Counted from the first letter of the stretch, positions 33,109 through 44,225 are shown. The stretch: DNA of 64,000 bases from an uncultured Actinomycetota bacterium (GCA_963802485.1 CAWDJA010000030.1:30801-94800); one strand, 5' to 3'. The notes: a model not told the origin generated them from the letters alone. Translations and numbers: made by a program.

Positions 33109-34534
33109 ATGACCCAGCCCCTTCCCACCGAATCCACGGCTGCGGCCGCTCCAGTCACGACCGAGGCCATCCGGTCGGCGGTCGACGCGGGCTTCCCCGC
33201 CACCGTCGCCGACCTCGCGAGCCTCGTGCGCATCCCGTCCGTGTCCTGGCCGGCGTTCGATCCGGCCCACGTGGCCGAGAGCGCCGAGGCGGTCGCCGAG
33301 CTCCTGCGCGGCACCGGCGTGTTCGAGCTCGTGGAGGTGCGGCGCGCGCCCGTCGAGGACGGTTCCGAGCTCGGCCAGCCCGCGGTGGTGGCCAGCCGCC
33401 CGGCCCGGGACGGGCGACCGACCGTGCTCCTCTACGCGCACCACGACGTGCAGCCCCCCGGCAAGGACGAGGACTGGGAGACGCCGCCGTTCGAGCCGAC
33501 GCAGCGCGGCGACCGCCTCCACGGTCGCGGCGCCGCCGACGACAAGGCCGGCGTGATGGCGCACGTCGGCGCCATCCGCGCGTTCGCCGAGGCATCCGGC
33601 GACTTCGACCTCGGCATCGCCGTGTTCATCGAGGGCGAGGAGGAGTGGGCGTCGCGCTCGTTCGCGAACTTCCTCCGCGAGAACCGCGACCTGCTCACCG
33701 CGGACGCGATCATCGTCGCCGATTCCGGCAACTGGGACCTCGAGACCCCGGCCATCACGGTCGCGCTGCGCGGCGCGGTGGCCTTCAACCTCCGCATCGA
33801 CACCCTCGCGCACGCGTCGCACTCCGGCATGTACGGCGGAGCGGTGCCCGACGCGATGCTCGCCGCCATCCGGCTCCTCGACACGCTGTGGGCCGCCGAC
33901 GGCTCGGTCGCGGTCGACGGCCTGCGCAGCGCCGACCTCGAGACCCCCGAGTACGAGGAGGCGCAGCTGCGAGCCGAGGCCGGCCTGCTCGACGGCGTCT
34001 CGCCGATCGGCAACGGCACCATCCTGTCGCGCATCTGGGCGCAAGCCCGCGATCACGGTCACGGGCATCGACGCACCGGATGTCGCGAACGCGTCGAACA
34101 CGCTGGCGCCCGGCGTGCGGGTGCGGGTGAGCGCCCGCGTCGCGCCCGGCCAGGACGCGGATGAGGCCTTCGCGGCCATCCGCGCGCACCTCGAGGCGAA
34201 CGCGCCGTTCGGCGCGCGCCTGACGTTCGAGGAGGTCGACACCGGGCAGGCGTTCCTCGTCGACACGAGCGGCTGGGCGGTCGCCGAGACCAGGGCCGCC
34301 ATGGCCGAGGGGTGGGGCCGCGAGCCCGTGGAGATCGGCGTCGGCGGGTCCATCCCGTTCATCGCCGAGCTCGTCGAGGAGTTCCCGCAGGCGCAGATCC
34401 TCGTGACCGGCGTCGAGGACCCCGACTCCCGCGCGCACAGCCCGAACGAGTCGCTCCACCTGGGCGTCTTCAAGCGAGCACTGCTCAGCGAGGCGCTGTT
34501 CCTCGCCCGCCTGGACGCGCGCACGACTTCCTGA
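33109..34534 (+). CDS. M20/M25/M40 family dipeptidase; frameshift near 34045
   Basis: LYAHHDVQP, GRGAADDK, EGEEE, HSGMYGG, GGSIPF and AHSPNES motifs. Confidence 0.9.
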
Positions 34535-34614
34535 GCAAAGACCGGACGCGCACTCCGGTTCGGCGGTTACCATGGAGAGAGGGTTCCGCGTTCCCTGACG
34601 CACCGAGGAGAGAC

Positions 34615-34965
34615 ATGAGCGACACGATCACCGAGACCGCGCACGGCGTGAAGCTGAGCGACCCCGCCGCCGACAAGGTGCGCAGCCTGCTCGAACAGGA
34701 GGGCCGCGACGACCTGCGCCTCCGCGTCGCCGTGCAGCCCGGCGGATGCTCCGGCCTGATCTACCAGCTCTACTTCGACGAGCGGCTCCTCGACGGCGAC
34801 GCCGTCGTCGACTTCTCCGGTGTCGAGGTCGTCGTCGACAAGATGAGCGTGCCCTACCTCGACGGCGCCTCCATCGACTTCGAGGACACGATCCAGAAGC
34901 AGGGCTTCACCATCGACAACCCCAACGCGCAGGGCAGCTGCGCGTGCGGTGACTCGTTCCACTGA
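34615..34965 (+). CDS. Iron-sulfur cluster A-type carrier (HesB/IscA/ErpA family)
   Basis: QPGGCSG and NPNAQGSCACGDSF motifs. GAGGAG RBS. Confidence 0.95.
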   Translation: MSDTITETAHGVKLSDPAADKVRSLLEQEGRDDLRLRVAVQPGGCSGLIYQLYFDERLLDGDAVVDFSGVEVVVDKMSVPYLDGASIDFEDTIQKQGFTIDNPNAQGSCACGDSFH

Positions 34966-34986
34966 GCCGAGTCCCGAACCCAGCTC

Positions 34987-35018
34987 CGAAGGGAGGCCGC
35001 GCACGCGGCCTCCCTTCG
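34987..35018 (+). terminator. Intrinsic terminator after the IscA gene
   Basis: CGAAGGGAGGCCGCG-ca-CGCGGCCTCCCTTCG followed by CTGTTT. Confidence 0.75.
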
Positions 35019-35167
35019 CTGTTTCCGCAGATCGATCGGGGAATCCGCATTCTGGCGCGCCCGACACCGCTTCCGGGTGCACACCCGGGGCGCGGAGTCG
35101 GAGTAGGCTAGGCATCGATCACCGCGCTTCGCTGAGAAGCGCCTTCGAGTCTCCCGAAAGGTCACCG

Positions 35168-36061
35168 GTGCGCCACAATCGCCGTCTCCGATGGGCTGCA
35201 ATCCCGATCGCAGCGTCGCTCAGCCTCGTCCTCGCCGGATGTACGCAGGCCCAGCTGAACGGATTCCTCCCGGGGTTCGAAGCGGGCGAGCCGCCGGTCA
35301 CGAACCACACCGAGCGCGTGTCGGGCCTCTGGGTCACGTCGTGGATCGTGCTGCTGGTCGTCGGCGTCATCACCTGGGGCCTCACGATCTGGGCGGTCAT
35401 CGCGTATCGCCGCCGCAAGGGCCAGACCGGCCTCCCGGTGCAGCTGCGGTACAACATGCCGATCGAGGTCTTCTACACGATCGTGCCGCTGATCCTCGTG
35501 CTCGGGTTCTTCGCCTTCACCGCACGCGACCAGCAGGTCATCGAGCAGCGCTTCGCCGAAGACGAGATCGACGTCAAGGTCGAGGTCATCGCGAAGCAGT
35601 GGGCGTGGGACTTCAACTACGTCAACGAAGACGTCTACTCGCCGGGCATCCAGGGCCAGATCTCCGATGAGGGACCTGCGGGCTCGCTCGTCCAGTCGGA
35701 GCTCCCGACGCTCTACCTGCCCGTCGGCCAGAACGTCGAGATCGAGCTGGAGTCGCGCGACGTCATCCACTCGTTCTGGGTCGTCGACTTCCTCTACAAG
35801 AAGGACATGTTCCCGGGCAAGACGAACTACATGTCGTTCGTCCCCGAACGTGAGGGCACCTACGAGGGCAAGTGCGCCGAGCTCTGCGGCGAGTACCACT
35901 CGATGATGCTCTTCAACGTCGAGGTGGTCTCCGAGGCCGAGTACGAGGAGTACATCGAGTCGTTGCGCGACCTGGGCCAGGAGGGCCAGCTCTCCAACGA
36001 GTACGACCGTCGCCAGAACCTGCCCGGTACGGGCGAGCCCGAGCTGAAAGAGGAAGAGTAA
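35168..36061 (+). CDS. ctaC: Cytochrome c oxidase subunit II
   Basis: Lipobox LAGC, QWAWDF, DVIHSFW and CuA motif CAELCGEYHSMM. Confidence 0.95.
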   Translation: MRHNRRLRWAAIPIAASLSLVLAGCTQAQLNGFLPGFEAGEPPVTNHTERVSGLWVTSWIVLLVVGVITWGLTIWAVIAYRRRKGQTGLPVQLRYNMPIEVFYTIVPLILVLGFFAFTARDQQVIEQRFAEDEIDVKVEVIAKQWAWDFNYVNEDVYSPGIQGQISDEGPAGSLVQSELPTLYLPVGQNVEIELESRDVIHSFWVVDFLYKKDMFPGKTNYMSFVPEREGTYEGKCAELCGEYHSMMLFNVEVVSEAEYEEYIESLRDLGQEGQLSNEYDRRQNLPGTGEPELKEEE

Positions 36062-36067
36062 GCCGCG

Positions 36068-37801
36068 ATGAGCACCACGACCGCACCCGCTCGTCCCGCG
36101 AGCACCTCGCCGTTCGGCACTCCCAAGGTCGAGCGCAAGGGCAACATCCTCGTCCGGTGGATCACCTCCACCGACCACAAGGTCATCGGGTACCTCTACC
36201 TGATCACCGCGTTCATCTACTTCTGCATCGGCGGCGTGATGGCCCTCATCATCCGCGCGCAGCTCTTCGAGCCCGGCCTCGAGATCGTCCAGACCCGCGA
36301 GCAGTACAACCAGCTGTTCACGATGCACGGCACGATCATGCTGCTGATGTTCGCGACGCCGCTCTTCGCCGGCTTCGCGAACGTGCTCATGCCGCTGCAG
36401 ATCGGCGCGCCCGATGTGGCGTTCCCGCGCCTGAACGCGTTCGCGTACTGGCTCTTCAACTTCGGCTCGCTCATCGCCGTCGCCGGCTTCTTCACCCCGC
36501 AGGGCGCCGCCTCGTTCGGGTGGTTCGCGTATCAACCACTCGCATCGACGACGTTCTCGCCAGGCGTCGGCGGCAATCTCTGGATGCTCGGCCTGGGCCT
36601 CTCGGGCTTCGGCACCATCCTGGGCGCGGTGAACTTCATCACGACGATCATCACCATGCGCGCCCCCGGCATGACCATGTTCCGCATGCCGATCTTCACG
36701 TGGAACACGCTCGTCACGTCGATCCTCGTGCTCATGGCCTTCCCGGTCCTTGCCGCCGCCATCCTGGCCGGCGCTGCCGACCGCATCTTCGGCGCCCACA
36801 TCTACGATCCCGCCAACGGCGGCGTCATCCTGTGGCAGCACCTGTTCTGGTTCTTCGGGCACCCCGAGGTCTACATCATCGCGCTGCCGTTCTTCGGCAT
36901 CGTGTCCGAGATCTTCCCGGTCTTCAGCCGCAAGCCGATCTTCGGGTACAAGACGCTCATCTACGCGACGATCGCGATCGCCGCGCTCTCGGTGACCGTG
37001 TGGGCGCACCACATGTACGTCACGGGTTCCGTGCTGCTGCCGTTCTTCGCGCTGATGACGATGCTCATCGCGGTGCCCACCGGCGTGAAGATCTTCAACT
37101 GGATCGGCACGATGTGGCGCGGCTCGATCACCTTCGAGACGCCACTCGTGTGGTCGCTGGGGTTCCTCATCACCTTCGTGTTCGGCGGCCTCACCGGCGT
37201 GATCCTCGCGTCGCCGCCGCTCGACTTCCACGTGTCCGACACGTACTTCGTGGTGGCGCACTTCCACTACGTCGTCTTCGGCACCGTCGTGTTCGCCATG
37301 TTCGCGGGCTTCTACTTCTGGTGGCCGAAGTGGACCGGCAAGATGCTGAACGAGACGCTGGGCAAGTGGCACTTCTGGCTGCTGTTCATCGGCTTCCACA
37401 CGACGTTCCTGATCCAGCACTGGCTCGGCGTCGTGGCGATGCCCCGTCGGTACTACTCGTACCTCCCCGAGGACAACATCACCTGGATGAACCAGTTGTC
37501 CACGATCGGCGCCGGCATCCTCGCCGTCTCGATGATCCCGTTCTTCCTGAACGTCTACATCACCGCGCGACGCGCGCCGAAGGTCACGGTCAACGACCCG
37601 TGGGGCTACGGACGCTCGCTCGAGTGGGCGACGAGCTGCCCGCCGCCGCGACACAACTTCACGTCGATCCCGCGCATCCGCTCGGAGGCGCCGGCATTCG
37701 ACCTCAACCACCCCGAGGCGGGCATCCCGGTGGGCATCGGCCCGGCCAAGGATGCGCCGCAGGCACCGGTCTACGACGCGGCGACGAAGGAAGTCAAGTA
37801 A
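36068..37801 (+). CDS. ctaD: Cytochrome c oxidase subunit I
   Basis: [28 protein letters not shown] and MPRRY motifs. Confidence 0.98.
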   Translation: MSTTTAPARPASTSPFGTPKVERKGNILVRWITSTDHKVIGYLYLITAFIYFCIGGVMALIIRAQLFEPGLEIVQTREQYNQLFTMHGTIMLLMFATPLFAGFANVLMPLQIGAPDVAFPRLNAFAYWLFNFGSLIAVAGFFTPQGAASFGWFAYQPLASTTFSPGVGGNLWMLGLGLSGFGTILGAVNFITTIITMRAPGMTMFRMPIFTWNTLVTSILVLMAFPVLAAAILAGAADRIFGAHIYDPANGGVILWQHLFWFFGHPEVYIIALPFFGIVSEIFPVFSRKPIFGYKTLIYATIAIAALSVTVWAHHMYVTGSVLLPFFALMTMLIAVPTGVKIFNWIGTMWRGSITFETPLVWSLGFLITFVFGGLTGVILASPPLDFHVSDTYFVVAHFHYVVFGTVVFAMFAGFYFWWPKWTGKMLNETLGKWHFWLLFIGFHTTFLIQHWLGVVAMPRRYYSYLPEDNITWMNQLSTIGAGILAVSMIPFFLNVYITARRAPKVTVNDPWGYGRSLEWATSCPPPRHNFTSIPRIRSEAPAFDLNHPEAGIPVGIGPAKDAPQAPVYDAATKEVK

Positions 37802-38224
37802 ATGCGCGCCAATACCATCCTGTTCTGGATCCTCGCCGGGTTCTTCGCCATTGCAGCGGCGGTGTACGCGTTCTGGTCGGCAGTCGACGAGCAGGATCCC
37901 GGCTTGGAGCCGGCCGGCACGGTCGCCCTGACGCTGACCACCGTCCTGGCCGCATTCATCGCGTTCTACCTTGGCCGCGTGCACAGTGCGCAGGGAGCCG
38001 AGCTGCCCGAAGACCGCCTGGACGCGAACATCGACGACGGTGACGCCGAACTCGGATTCTTCAGCCCGTGGAGCTGGTGGCCGTTCGTCCTCGCCGGTGG
38101 CGCCGCGCTCGGATTCCTCGGGCTGGCCATCGGGTTCTGGATCACGTTCATCGCGGTCCCGATCGTCGTGGTGGCGCTCGTCGGCTGGGTGTACGAGTAC
38201 TACCGCGGCAACTTCGCCCGCTAG
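37802..38224 (+). CDS. ctaF: Cytochrome c oxidase subunit IV
   Basis: E.AG, PEDR.DA.I.DG..ELGFFSPWSWWP and EYYRG motifs. Confidence 0.92.
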   Translation: MRANTILFWILAGFFAIAAAVYAFWSAVDEQDPGLEPAGTVALTLTTVLAAFIAFYLGRVHSAQGAELPEDRLDANIDDGDAELGFFSPWSWWPFVLAGGAALGFLGLAIGFWITFIAVPIVVVALVGWVYEYYRGNFAR

Positions 38225-38241
38225 CCCGCGTACCGCACCTT

Positions 38242-38275
38242 CACGAAGCCCCGGCTGCTGCACCGGGGCTTCGTG
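38242..38275. terminator. Hairpin after ctaCDF
   Basis: CACGAAGCCCCGG...CCGGGGCTTCGTG. Confidence 0.7.
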
Positions 38276-38314
38276 CATCCGGCGTCGGGCGTGCGCCGCA
38301 CCGTGTCGCGCGGG

Positions 38315-38971
38315 TCATCCGCGCACCGCGCCCACGACGCACCACGACATTCCGCGGTGGCGGTAGCGGAGCTCGAAGCCGTGCCGGCGGACGACGTCGG
38401 CCATCGCCTCGGGTGGGTGGACGAACCCGCGATAGCTGCGCCCGGAGAACCCGACCATGAGGTTGCTGACGCCGACCGCCGCACGCGACCAGATCGTACG
38501 GGGCGGGTGGGTGAAGACGATCGTGCGACGTGCCCGATCCGCTGCGGCGCCCAGCAGGCGCTCGTACGCCGGGTAGCAGCACACCACCCGGTGCAGGACG
38601 ACGACGTCGGCGGGGTCGACCGAGTCCGGTGAGCTGGCGAGGTCGACGCCGAGGATCCGCCTGACGCGGCCTCCGACTCCCGCCTCGTCGATCAGGCGCC
38701 TCGCATCCGCCTCGTAGGCTCCCGAGAGCTCCAGGTTCGTCGTGCGCGCTGCGCCCTTCGCGAGCAGCTCGAGCTGCACCTCGCCGACGCCACCGCCCAC
38801 CTCGAGCACCGAGGCGCCCTCGATGCCGGTCGACGCGAGGAACCCCACGAGCCGCTGCTCCGTCGAGGTGAGTCCGCGTCGGCGATATCGTTGCGCGGCC
38901 TTGTCGGCGTATCGCGCATCGAAGACCTCTGCATACCCGTCGGGGCTCGGCGGACCGCAGCACTCGTCCAT
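38315..38971 (-). CDS. Class I SAM-dependent methyltransferase (BchM-like)
   Basis: VLEVGGGVG, DVVVLHRVVCCYP and an N-terminal CC. Confidence 0.8.
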   Translation of the reverse strand: MDECCGPPSPDGYAEVFDARYADKAAQRYRRRGLTSTEQRLVGFLASTGIEGASVLEVGGGVGEVQLELLAKGAARTTNLELSGAYEADARRLIDEAGVGGRVRRILGVDLASSPDSVDPADVVVLHRVVCCYPAYERLLGAAADRARRTIVFTHPPRTIWSRAAVGVSNLMVGFSGRSYRGFVHPPEAMADVVRRHGFELRYRHRGMSWCVVGAVRG

Positions 38972-39056
38972 GCCATCAGTATGGAACCGATGAGTCGCCG
39001 CGGTGTCCCGAACGTCGACGAACGCGGAAGAAGGCGCGCGTCTGCGGCCGATCGGC

Positions 39057-39917
39057 TCAGGCGGAGGACGCGGACGAGCGTGCGAAGACGAGGAGATCCA
39101 CCGCGATCGTCACGCCGAGGCGCATCTCGCCCGTCGCCGCGGCCGGCGACAGGCTGTCGACGTGGTGCGCCGACGGGCCCATCCCGACGAGGAGCCCGCG
39201 AGTCGCGGCATCCGTCTCGAGCACGTACTCGATCGACGTCGTCGACTCCGGCGCCAGGCCGAACGCGCGGAGCTGCTCGCCGACCCGGTCGGCCTTCCCC
39301 GCGGGCACGTCGAGGATCGCTCCATCCCGACGAAGCTCCTGCAGGTGCGTCTCGCCTGGGACGACGACGACGAGCCGTCCGTTCGGCCCGAGCACGCGTG
39401 CGAACTCGGCGCCGTTGCGCGGGCCGAAGACGTTGAGGGCGACATCGACGACGCCGTCTCGGATCGGGAGTGGGCGCCAGAGGTCGAGGACGACGCCGGT
39501 CGCGGCCGGGAGCGCACGCAGGCTGATCCGCACCGCCTCGGGCGATCGGTCGGCGAGGAGGAACACGGCATCGGGCACTGCACGGGCGATGGTCGCCGAG
39601 TAGTAGCCGGTTCCACAGGCGAGGTCGGCGATGCGGAGCGAGGCCCCGGACGCCCTCGGTGGGAGCGCAGCGACGACGTCGGCGATCGCCGCGGCGATGG
39701 GGGAGTAGGCCCCACCATCGAGCAGGGCGGAGCGGGCCGCGAGCATCTCCCGATCGTCGCCGACCGTGCGCGGAGCGCGCGGCGGCAGCAGCGTGAGGTA
39801 GCCGTGCCTGGCGCGGTCGAAGCGATGCCCGGCGGCGCAACCGTAGACGCGATCATCGATCGCGGAGAGGTCCTGGAAGCAGTTCGGGCACCGGAGCCAT
39901 GTCGTGTCGATCGACAT
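39057..39917 (-). CDS. RlmA-like rRNA guanine-N1 methyltransferase family protein
   Basis: N-terminal Zn finger CPNC...C..GHRFD.A..GY, M..AR..LL.GG.Y, DLACGTGYY and HLQELR motifs. Confidence 0.8.
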   Translation of the reverse strand: MSIDTTWLRCPNCFQDLSAIDDRVYGCAAGHRFDRARHGYLTLLPPRAPRTVGDDREMLAARSALLDGGAYSPIAAAIADVVAALPPRASGASLRIADLACGTGYYSATIARAVPDAVFLLADRSPEAVRISLRALPAATGVVLDLWRPLPIRDGVVDVALNVFGPRNGAEFARVLGPNGRLVVVVPGETHLQELRRDGAILDVPAGKADRVGEQLRAFGLAPESTTSIEYVLETDAATRGLLVGMGPSAHHVDSLSPAAATGEMRLGVTIAVDLLVFARSSASSA

Positions 39918-39949
39918 GGGACCGGTGCCCGAATCCGAGTGTGGTCGGA

Positions 39950-41557
39950 TCAGTGGTGCGCGGAGTGCGACGCCTCGAGCTCACCCTTCGTGACCGGTGC
40001 GATGCGGTCCTCGAAGAACCACCGCGACATCCCGGCGCGAAGCCGCTGGCCCACCGTGATCTTGCCGCGCGAGTTCGGGCGGATCATCAGCGGTTCGTAG
40101 GACTCGTAGCTCACGAGCCGCCAGCGGTCGTACTCATCGAGCGGCTGGTGCACCTCGATGAACTCGCCGCCGGGGAGCTTGACGATCCGGCCGGACTCGT
40201 AGCCGTGCAGCACGATCTCGCGATCCTTCTTCTGCAACGCGATGCAGACGCGCTTGGCGATGAAGTAGGCGACGAACGGCCCGACGATCACCATTGCCTG
40301 CAGGGCGTGGATCACGCCCTCCATCGTGAGCGAGAAGTGCGTCGCGAGGATGTCGGAGCTCGCCGCCGCCCAGAGGCCCGCGTAGAACGTGACACCGGCG
40401 GCACCGATCGCGGTGCGCGTGGGCGCGTTGCGCGGACGGTCGGCGATGTGGTGCTCGCGGTGATCGCCCTTCACCCATGCCTCGATGAACGGGTACGCGA
40501 CCACGAGCAGGATGAAGATGCCGATCGCGATGAGCGGGACGAGGATGTTGAACGACCAGGTGCGGTCGAGCCACACGAACTCCCAGCCCGGCGGGATCAG
40601 TCGCAGGGCACCGTCGGCGAAGCCGATGTACCAGTCGGGCTGCGTACCCGCGGAGACCGGCGACGGGTCGTACGGGCCGTAGTTCCAGATCGGGTTGATC
40701 GTGAACAACGACGCGATGAGCGCCAGGACGCCGAAGATGATGAAGAAGAAGCCGCCGGCCTTCGCCGCGTAGATCGGCAGGATGGGCGGACCGACCGCGT
40801 TCTGCTGCGTCTTGCCCGGCGCGGCGTACTGCGTGTGCTTGTGCACGACGACGAGCACGAGGTGGATCGCGATGAGCGCGACGATGATCGCCGGCAGCAG
40901 GAGGATGTGCAGCGTGTAGAGCCGGCCGACGATCGCCGTGCCCGGGAACTCGCCGCCGAAGAGCAGGAACGAGGTCCAGGTGCCGATGATCGGCATGCCC
41001 TTGATCAGGCCGTCGATGATGCGGAGACCGTTGCCCGAGAGCAGGTCATCCGGAAGCGAGTACCCCGTGAAGCCCTCGCCCATCGCGAGGATGAAGAGGG
41101 TGAAGCCGATGATCCAGTTGAACTCGCGCGGCTTGCGGAACGCACCCGTGAAGAAGATGCGCAGCATGTGCAGGCCGATGGCCGCCACGAACAGCAGCGC
41201 CGCCCAGTGGTGCATCTGGCGCACGAACAGGCCGCCGCGGATGTCGAACGAGATGTCGAGCGTCGACGCCATCGCGACCGACATCTCGACGCCCTTGAGG
41301 GGCACGTAGGAGCCGTCGTAGTGCACCTCGGCCATGGACGCCTGGAAGAAGAACGTCAGGAACGTGCCCGAGATCAGGATCACGACGAAGCTGAACAGGG
41401 CGATCTCGCCGAGCAGGAACGACCAGTGGTCGGGGAACGCCTTACGGCCGAGCTCCTTGACGAACCCCGCGAGGCTCGTGCGCTCGTTGACGTAGACGGA
41501 GGCGGAAGCCGTGAACGATCGCTTCTGCGTGACCTGGGTGGATGGTGCGGTACTCAA
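39950..41557 (-). CDS. qcrB: Cytochrome bc1 complex cytochrome b subunit
   Basis: FPDHWSFLLGEIA, RQMHHWAA, GYSLPDD and QPDWY motifs. Confidence 0.96.
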   Translation of the reverse strand: MSTAPSTQVTQKRSFTASASVYVNERTSLAGFVKELGRKAFPDHWSFLLGEIALFSFVVILISGTFLTFFFQASMAEVHYDGSYVPLKGVEMSVAMASTLDISFDIRGGLFVRQMHHWAALLFVAAIGLHMLRIFFTGAFRKPREFNWIIGFTLFILAMGEGFTGYSLPDDLLSGNGLRIIDGLIKGMPIIGTWTSFLLFGGEFPGTAIVGRLYTLHILLLPAIIVALIAIHLVLVVVHKHTQYAAPGKTQQNAVGPPILPIYAAKAGGFFFIIFGVLALIASLFTINPIWNYGPYDPSPVSAGTQPDWYIGFADGALRLIPPGWEFVWLDRTWSFNILVPLIAIGIFILLVVAYPFIEAWVKGDHREHHIADRPRNAPTRTAIGAAGVTFYAGLWAAASSDILATHFSLTMEGVIHALQAMVIVGPFVAYFIAKRVCIALQKKDREIVLHGYESGRIVKLPGGEFIEVHQPLDEYDRWRLVSYESYEPLMIRPNSRGKITVGQRLRAGMSRWFFEDRIAPVTKGELEASHSAHH

Positions 41558-42631
41558 CTGCGCTCCCAGAAGCTCGGACCGACGGGTTCGGTGAAGTCGC
41601 TCTGCGCGATGAGGTAGCCCTCGTCGTCGACTGCGATCGGCAGCTGCGGGAGAGGGCGCTTGGCCGGGCCGAAGATGACCTCGCAGTGGTTCGCCACGTC
41701 GAACTGCGACTGGTGGCAGGGGCAGAGCAGGTGATGGGTGTGCTGCTCGTAGAGAGCAACGGGGCATCCGACGTGCGTGCAGATCTTCGAGTACGCGACG
41801 ATGCCGTCGTATGACCAGGACTCGCGATCGGGTGCCTGGTTGAGCTCGCTCGGCTCGAGGCGCATGAGGAGGACGGCCGCCTTGGCCTTCTCCTCGAGCT
41901 TGCCGTGCTCGAGCTCGGCGAGGCCTTCGGGGATGATGTGGAACGCGCTGCCGATGGTGACGTCGGCCGCCTTGATCGGCACGCCCGACGGGTCGAGCGC
42001 GAGACGCGTGCCCTTGGCCCACATGGTGTGGCTGAGGAGCTCGACCGGCAGCTGGTCCTGCGGGGCGAAGCCGCGGAAGAGCACCACCGCGGGGAGCGGG
42101 AAGGCGATGAGCGCGCCGATGAGGCTGTTGCGGATGACCGAACGGCGGGTGAAGCCCGACTCCTCGTTCGAGTCGGAGAAGACCTTGGCCGCGGCGGCCT
42201 GCGTCTCGGGCGATCCGCCGATCGGGTGCCGCTCGTCGGCGAGCTCGACGTCGGCCATGAGCGACTTGCCCCAGTGGACGATGCCGAATCCGAGGCCCAG
42301 GAGGGCGAGCGTGGCGCCCAGGCCGATGAACATGTTGTTGAAGCGGCACCGCGCCGACGTCGTTCGACTCGATCGGGAAGAGCATGTACGCCGCGACGGC
42401 CCAGACGCTGCCGAGGATCGAGAGGTAGAAGAGCGTGTAGACCGTGCGCTGGGCGCGCTTCTCCTTCTTGGGGTCCTCGTCGGTGACGCGCGGACGGTGG
42501 GGCGGGAATCCGGGATTCTCGAACGCGTCGGATGCGATCAGGGCGGTACCCGGCGAGGCCGTCGGTGCGAGCGCCTCGTGCGACGAGTCGGCAGCGGCGA
42601 GTTCCGTGCCGCTGTGGTCGTCCTGGGCCAT
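41554..42631 (-). CDS. qcrA: Rieske iron-sulfur subunit; frameshift near 42348
   Basis: CTHVGC and CPCHQS motifs plus N-terminal TM segments. Confidence 0.94.
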
Positions 42632-42663
42632 GGTTCTCCTTCTTGGGTGTTCGGTGCCGGGCG

Positions 42664-43482
42664 CTAGTTGGATTTCGCCGTGATCCACACGGTGACCGCG
42701 ACGATCGCGCCGAGACCGAAGATCCAGATGAACAGGCCCTCTGCGACCGGCCCGAGCGAGCCGAGCTCGAAACCGCCGGGCGAGCGGTTGTCCTGCACGT
42801 ACTTGAGGTAGGTGATGATGTCGCGCTTGTCCTCAGGCGAGATGTTCAGGTCGTTGAACACCGGCATGTTCTGCGGGCCGGTCACCATCGCCTCGTAGGC
42901 GTGGACGCCCGAGACATCCGTGAGCGGGGGAGCGAACTTGCCCTCGGTGAGCGCGCCGCCGGCTCCGGCGACGTTGTGGCACATGGCGCAGTTGATGCGG
43001 AAGAGCTCGGCGCCGTTCGCGGCGTCGCCTCCGCCGTTCACGAGGTGCTCTGCGGGGATGTCGGGGCCGGGGCCGAGGGAGGCCACGTAGTAGGCGAGCT
43101 GCTTGGTCTGCTCGTCGGTGAACTGCGGCGGCTTCTCCTGCGCCTGCGGGCCCTGCATCTGCATCGGCATGCGGCCGGTGCCGACCTGGAAGTCGACGGC
43201 GGCCGCGCCGACGCCGATGAGGCTCGGGCCGTTGTTCGTGCCCTGGGCCTCGAGGCCGTGGCAGGTGGCGCAGTTCGCCTGGAAGAGCTTCTTGCCCTGC
43301 TCGATCGTCTCCTGCGACGTCGGCTCCGCCTCGGCCTGCGCAGCGGTGCCGCTGCTGATGGCCGCGTACGCGCCGCCGGTGAAGACGAGTCCGAGCGCCA
43401 GCAGCGCGACGGTGGCGAGCGGGTGCCGGCGTCCGGTGCGTCGCATCGAGCGGTTCATTGAGTTCTTCCTGTTCGCGGGCAT
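42664..43482 (-). CDS. qcrC: Diheme cytochrome c subunit
   Basis: CATCH and CAMCH heme motifs plus GRMP. Start codon uncertain. Confidence 0.93.
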   Translation of the reverse strand: MPANRKNSMNRSMRRTGRRHPLATVALLALGLVFTGGAYAAISSGTAAQAEAEPTSQETIEQGKKLFQANCATCHGLEAQGTNNGPSLIGVGAAAVDFQVGTGRMPMQMQGPQAQEKPPQFTDEQTKQLAYYVASLGPGPDIPAEHLVNGGGDAANGAELFRINCAMCHNVAGAGGALTEGKFAPPLTDVSGVHAYEAMVTGPQNMPVFNDLNISPEDKRDIITYLKYVQDNRSPGGFELGSLGPVAEGLFIWIFGLGAIVAVTVWITAKSN

Positions 43483-43507
43483 GCTGTTCGTGGCGCTCCT
43501 GCTGCTG

Positions 43508-44137
43508 CTATTTGAGGACGTAGATGACGAGGAACAGGCCGATCCAGACGACATCGACGAAGTGCCAGTAGTACGAGACCACGATGGCGCTCGTCGCCTC
43601 GCGGTGGCCGAAGTTCTTGACCGCGAACACGCGGCCGATGACGAGCAGGAACGCGATCAGGCCACCCGTGACGTGCAGGCCGTGGAAGCCGGTCGTGAGG
43701 TAGAACGCCGACCCGTAGGAGTTGGAGTCGATGGCGATGCCCTCGGAGACGAGCGTGGCGTACTCCCAGATCTGGCCCGCGACGAAGATCGCGCCCATGG
43801 CGTAGGTGAGGAAGAACCACTCGACCATGCCCCACTGCGTCGGCTTCCATCCGGTGGCGTACGGCTGGAGCCGCTCCGCCGCGAAGACGCCGAACTGGCA
43901 GGTGAACGACGAGAGCACGAGGATGATCGTGTTCGTCAGCGAGAAGGGGAAGTTCAGGCGATCCGCCTCGAACGCCCAGAGCTCCGGCGACGTCGATCGC
44001 AGCGTGAAGTAGATCGCGAAGAGCCCCGCGAAGAACATGACCTCGCTGCCGAGCCACACGATCGTGCCCACAGCTACGGTGTTGGGGCGCTTGATCACGG
44101 GCGCGGTCGCCTGATAAGTGATTGAGGTGCTCGTCAC
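43508..44137 (-). CDS. ctaE: Cytochrome c oxidase subunit III
   Basis: [21 protein letters not shown] and [10 protein letters not shown] motifs. Confidence 0.95.
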   Translation of the reverse strand: MTSTSITYQATAPVIKRPNTVAVGTIVWLGSEVMFFAGLFAIYFTLRSTSPELWAFEADRLNFPFSLTNTIILVLSSFTCQFGVFAAERLQPYATGWKPTQWGMVEWFFLTYAMGAIFVAGQIWEYATLVSEGIAIDSNSYGSAFYLTTGFHGLHVTGGLIAFLLVIGRVFAVKNFGHREATSAIVVSYYWHFVDVVWIGLFLVIYVLK

Positions 44138-44201
44138 GCTCCCCATTATGGCTGAAATCAGGCCTGAGTTTTCGTCAACAGGGGGAGGCATTTCGAGGTT
44201 G

Positions 44202-44225
44202 AAGGGTTAGGGAACCCTAACCTCC
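44202..44225. promoter_or_regulatory. Palindrome resembling a DtxR/IdeR iron box
   Basis: GGTTAGGG-AA-CCCTAACC between ctaE and trpD. Confidence 0.55.

Noticed and set aside
28771-34164. 1797-aa + strand ORF and similar long ORFs (6030-8954 -, 35162-38278 -, 9084-10892 +)
   Set aside because: Antisense or alternate-frame shadows of real genes, common in high-GC DNA. Only the tail of the 1797-aa ORF, from 33109, is the real dipeptidase.
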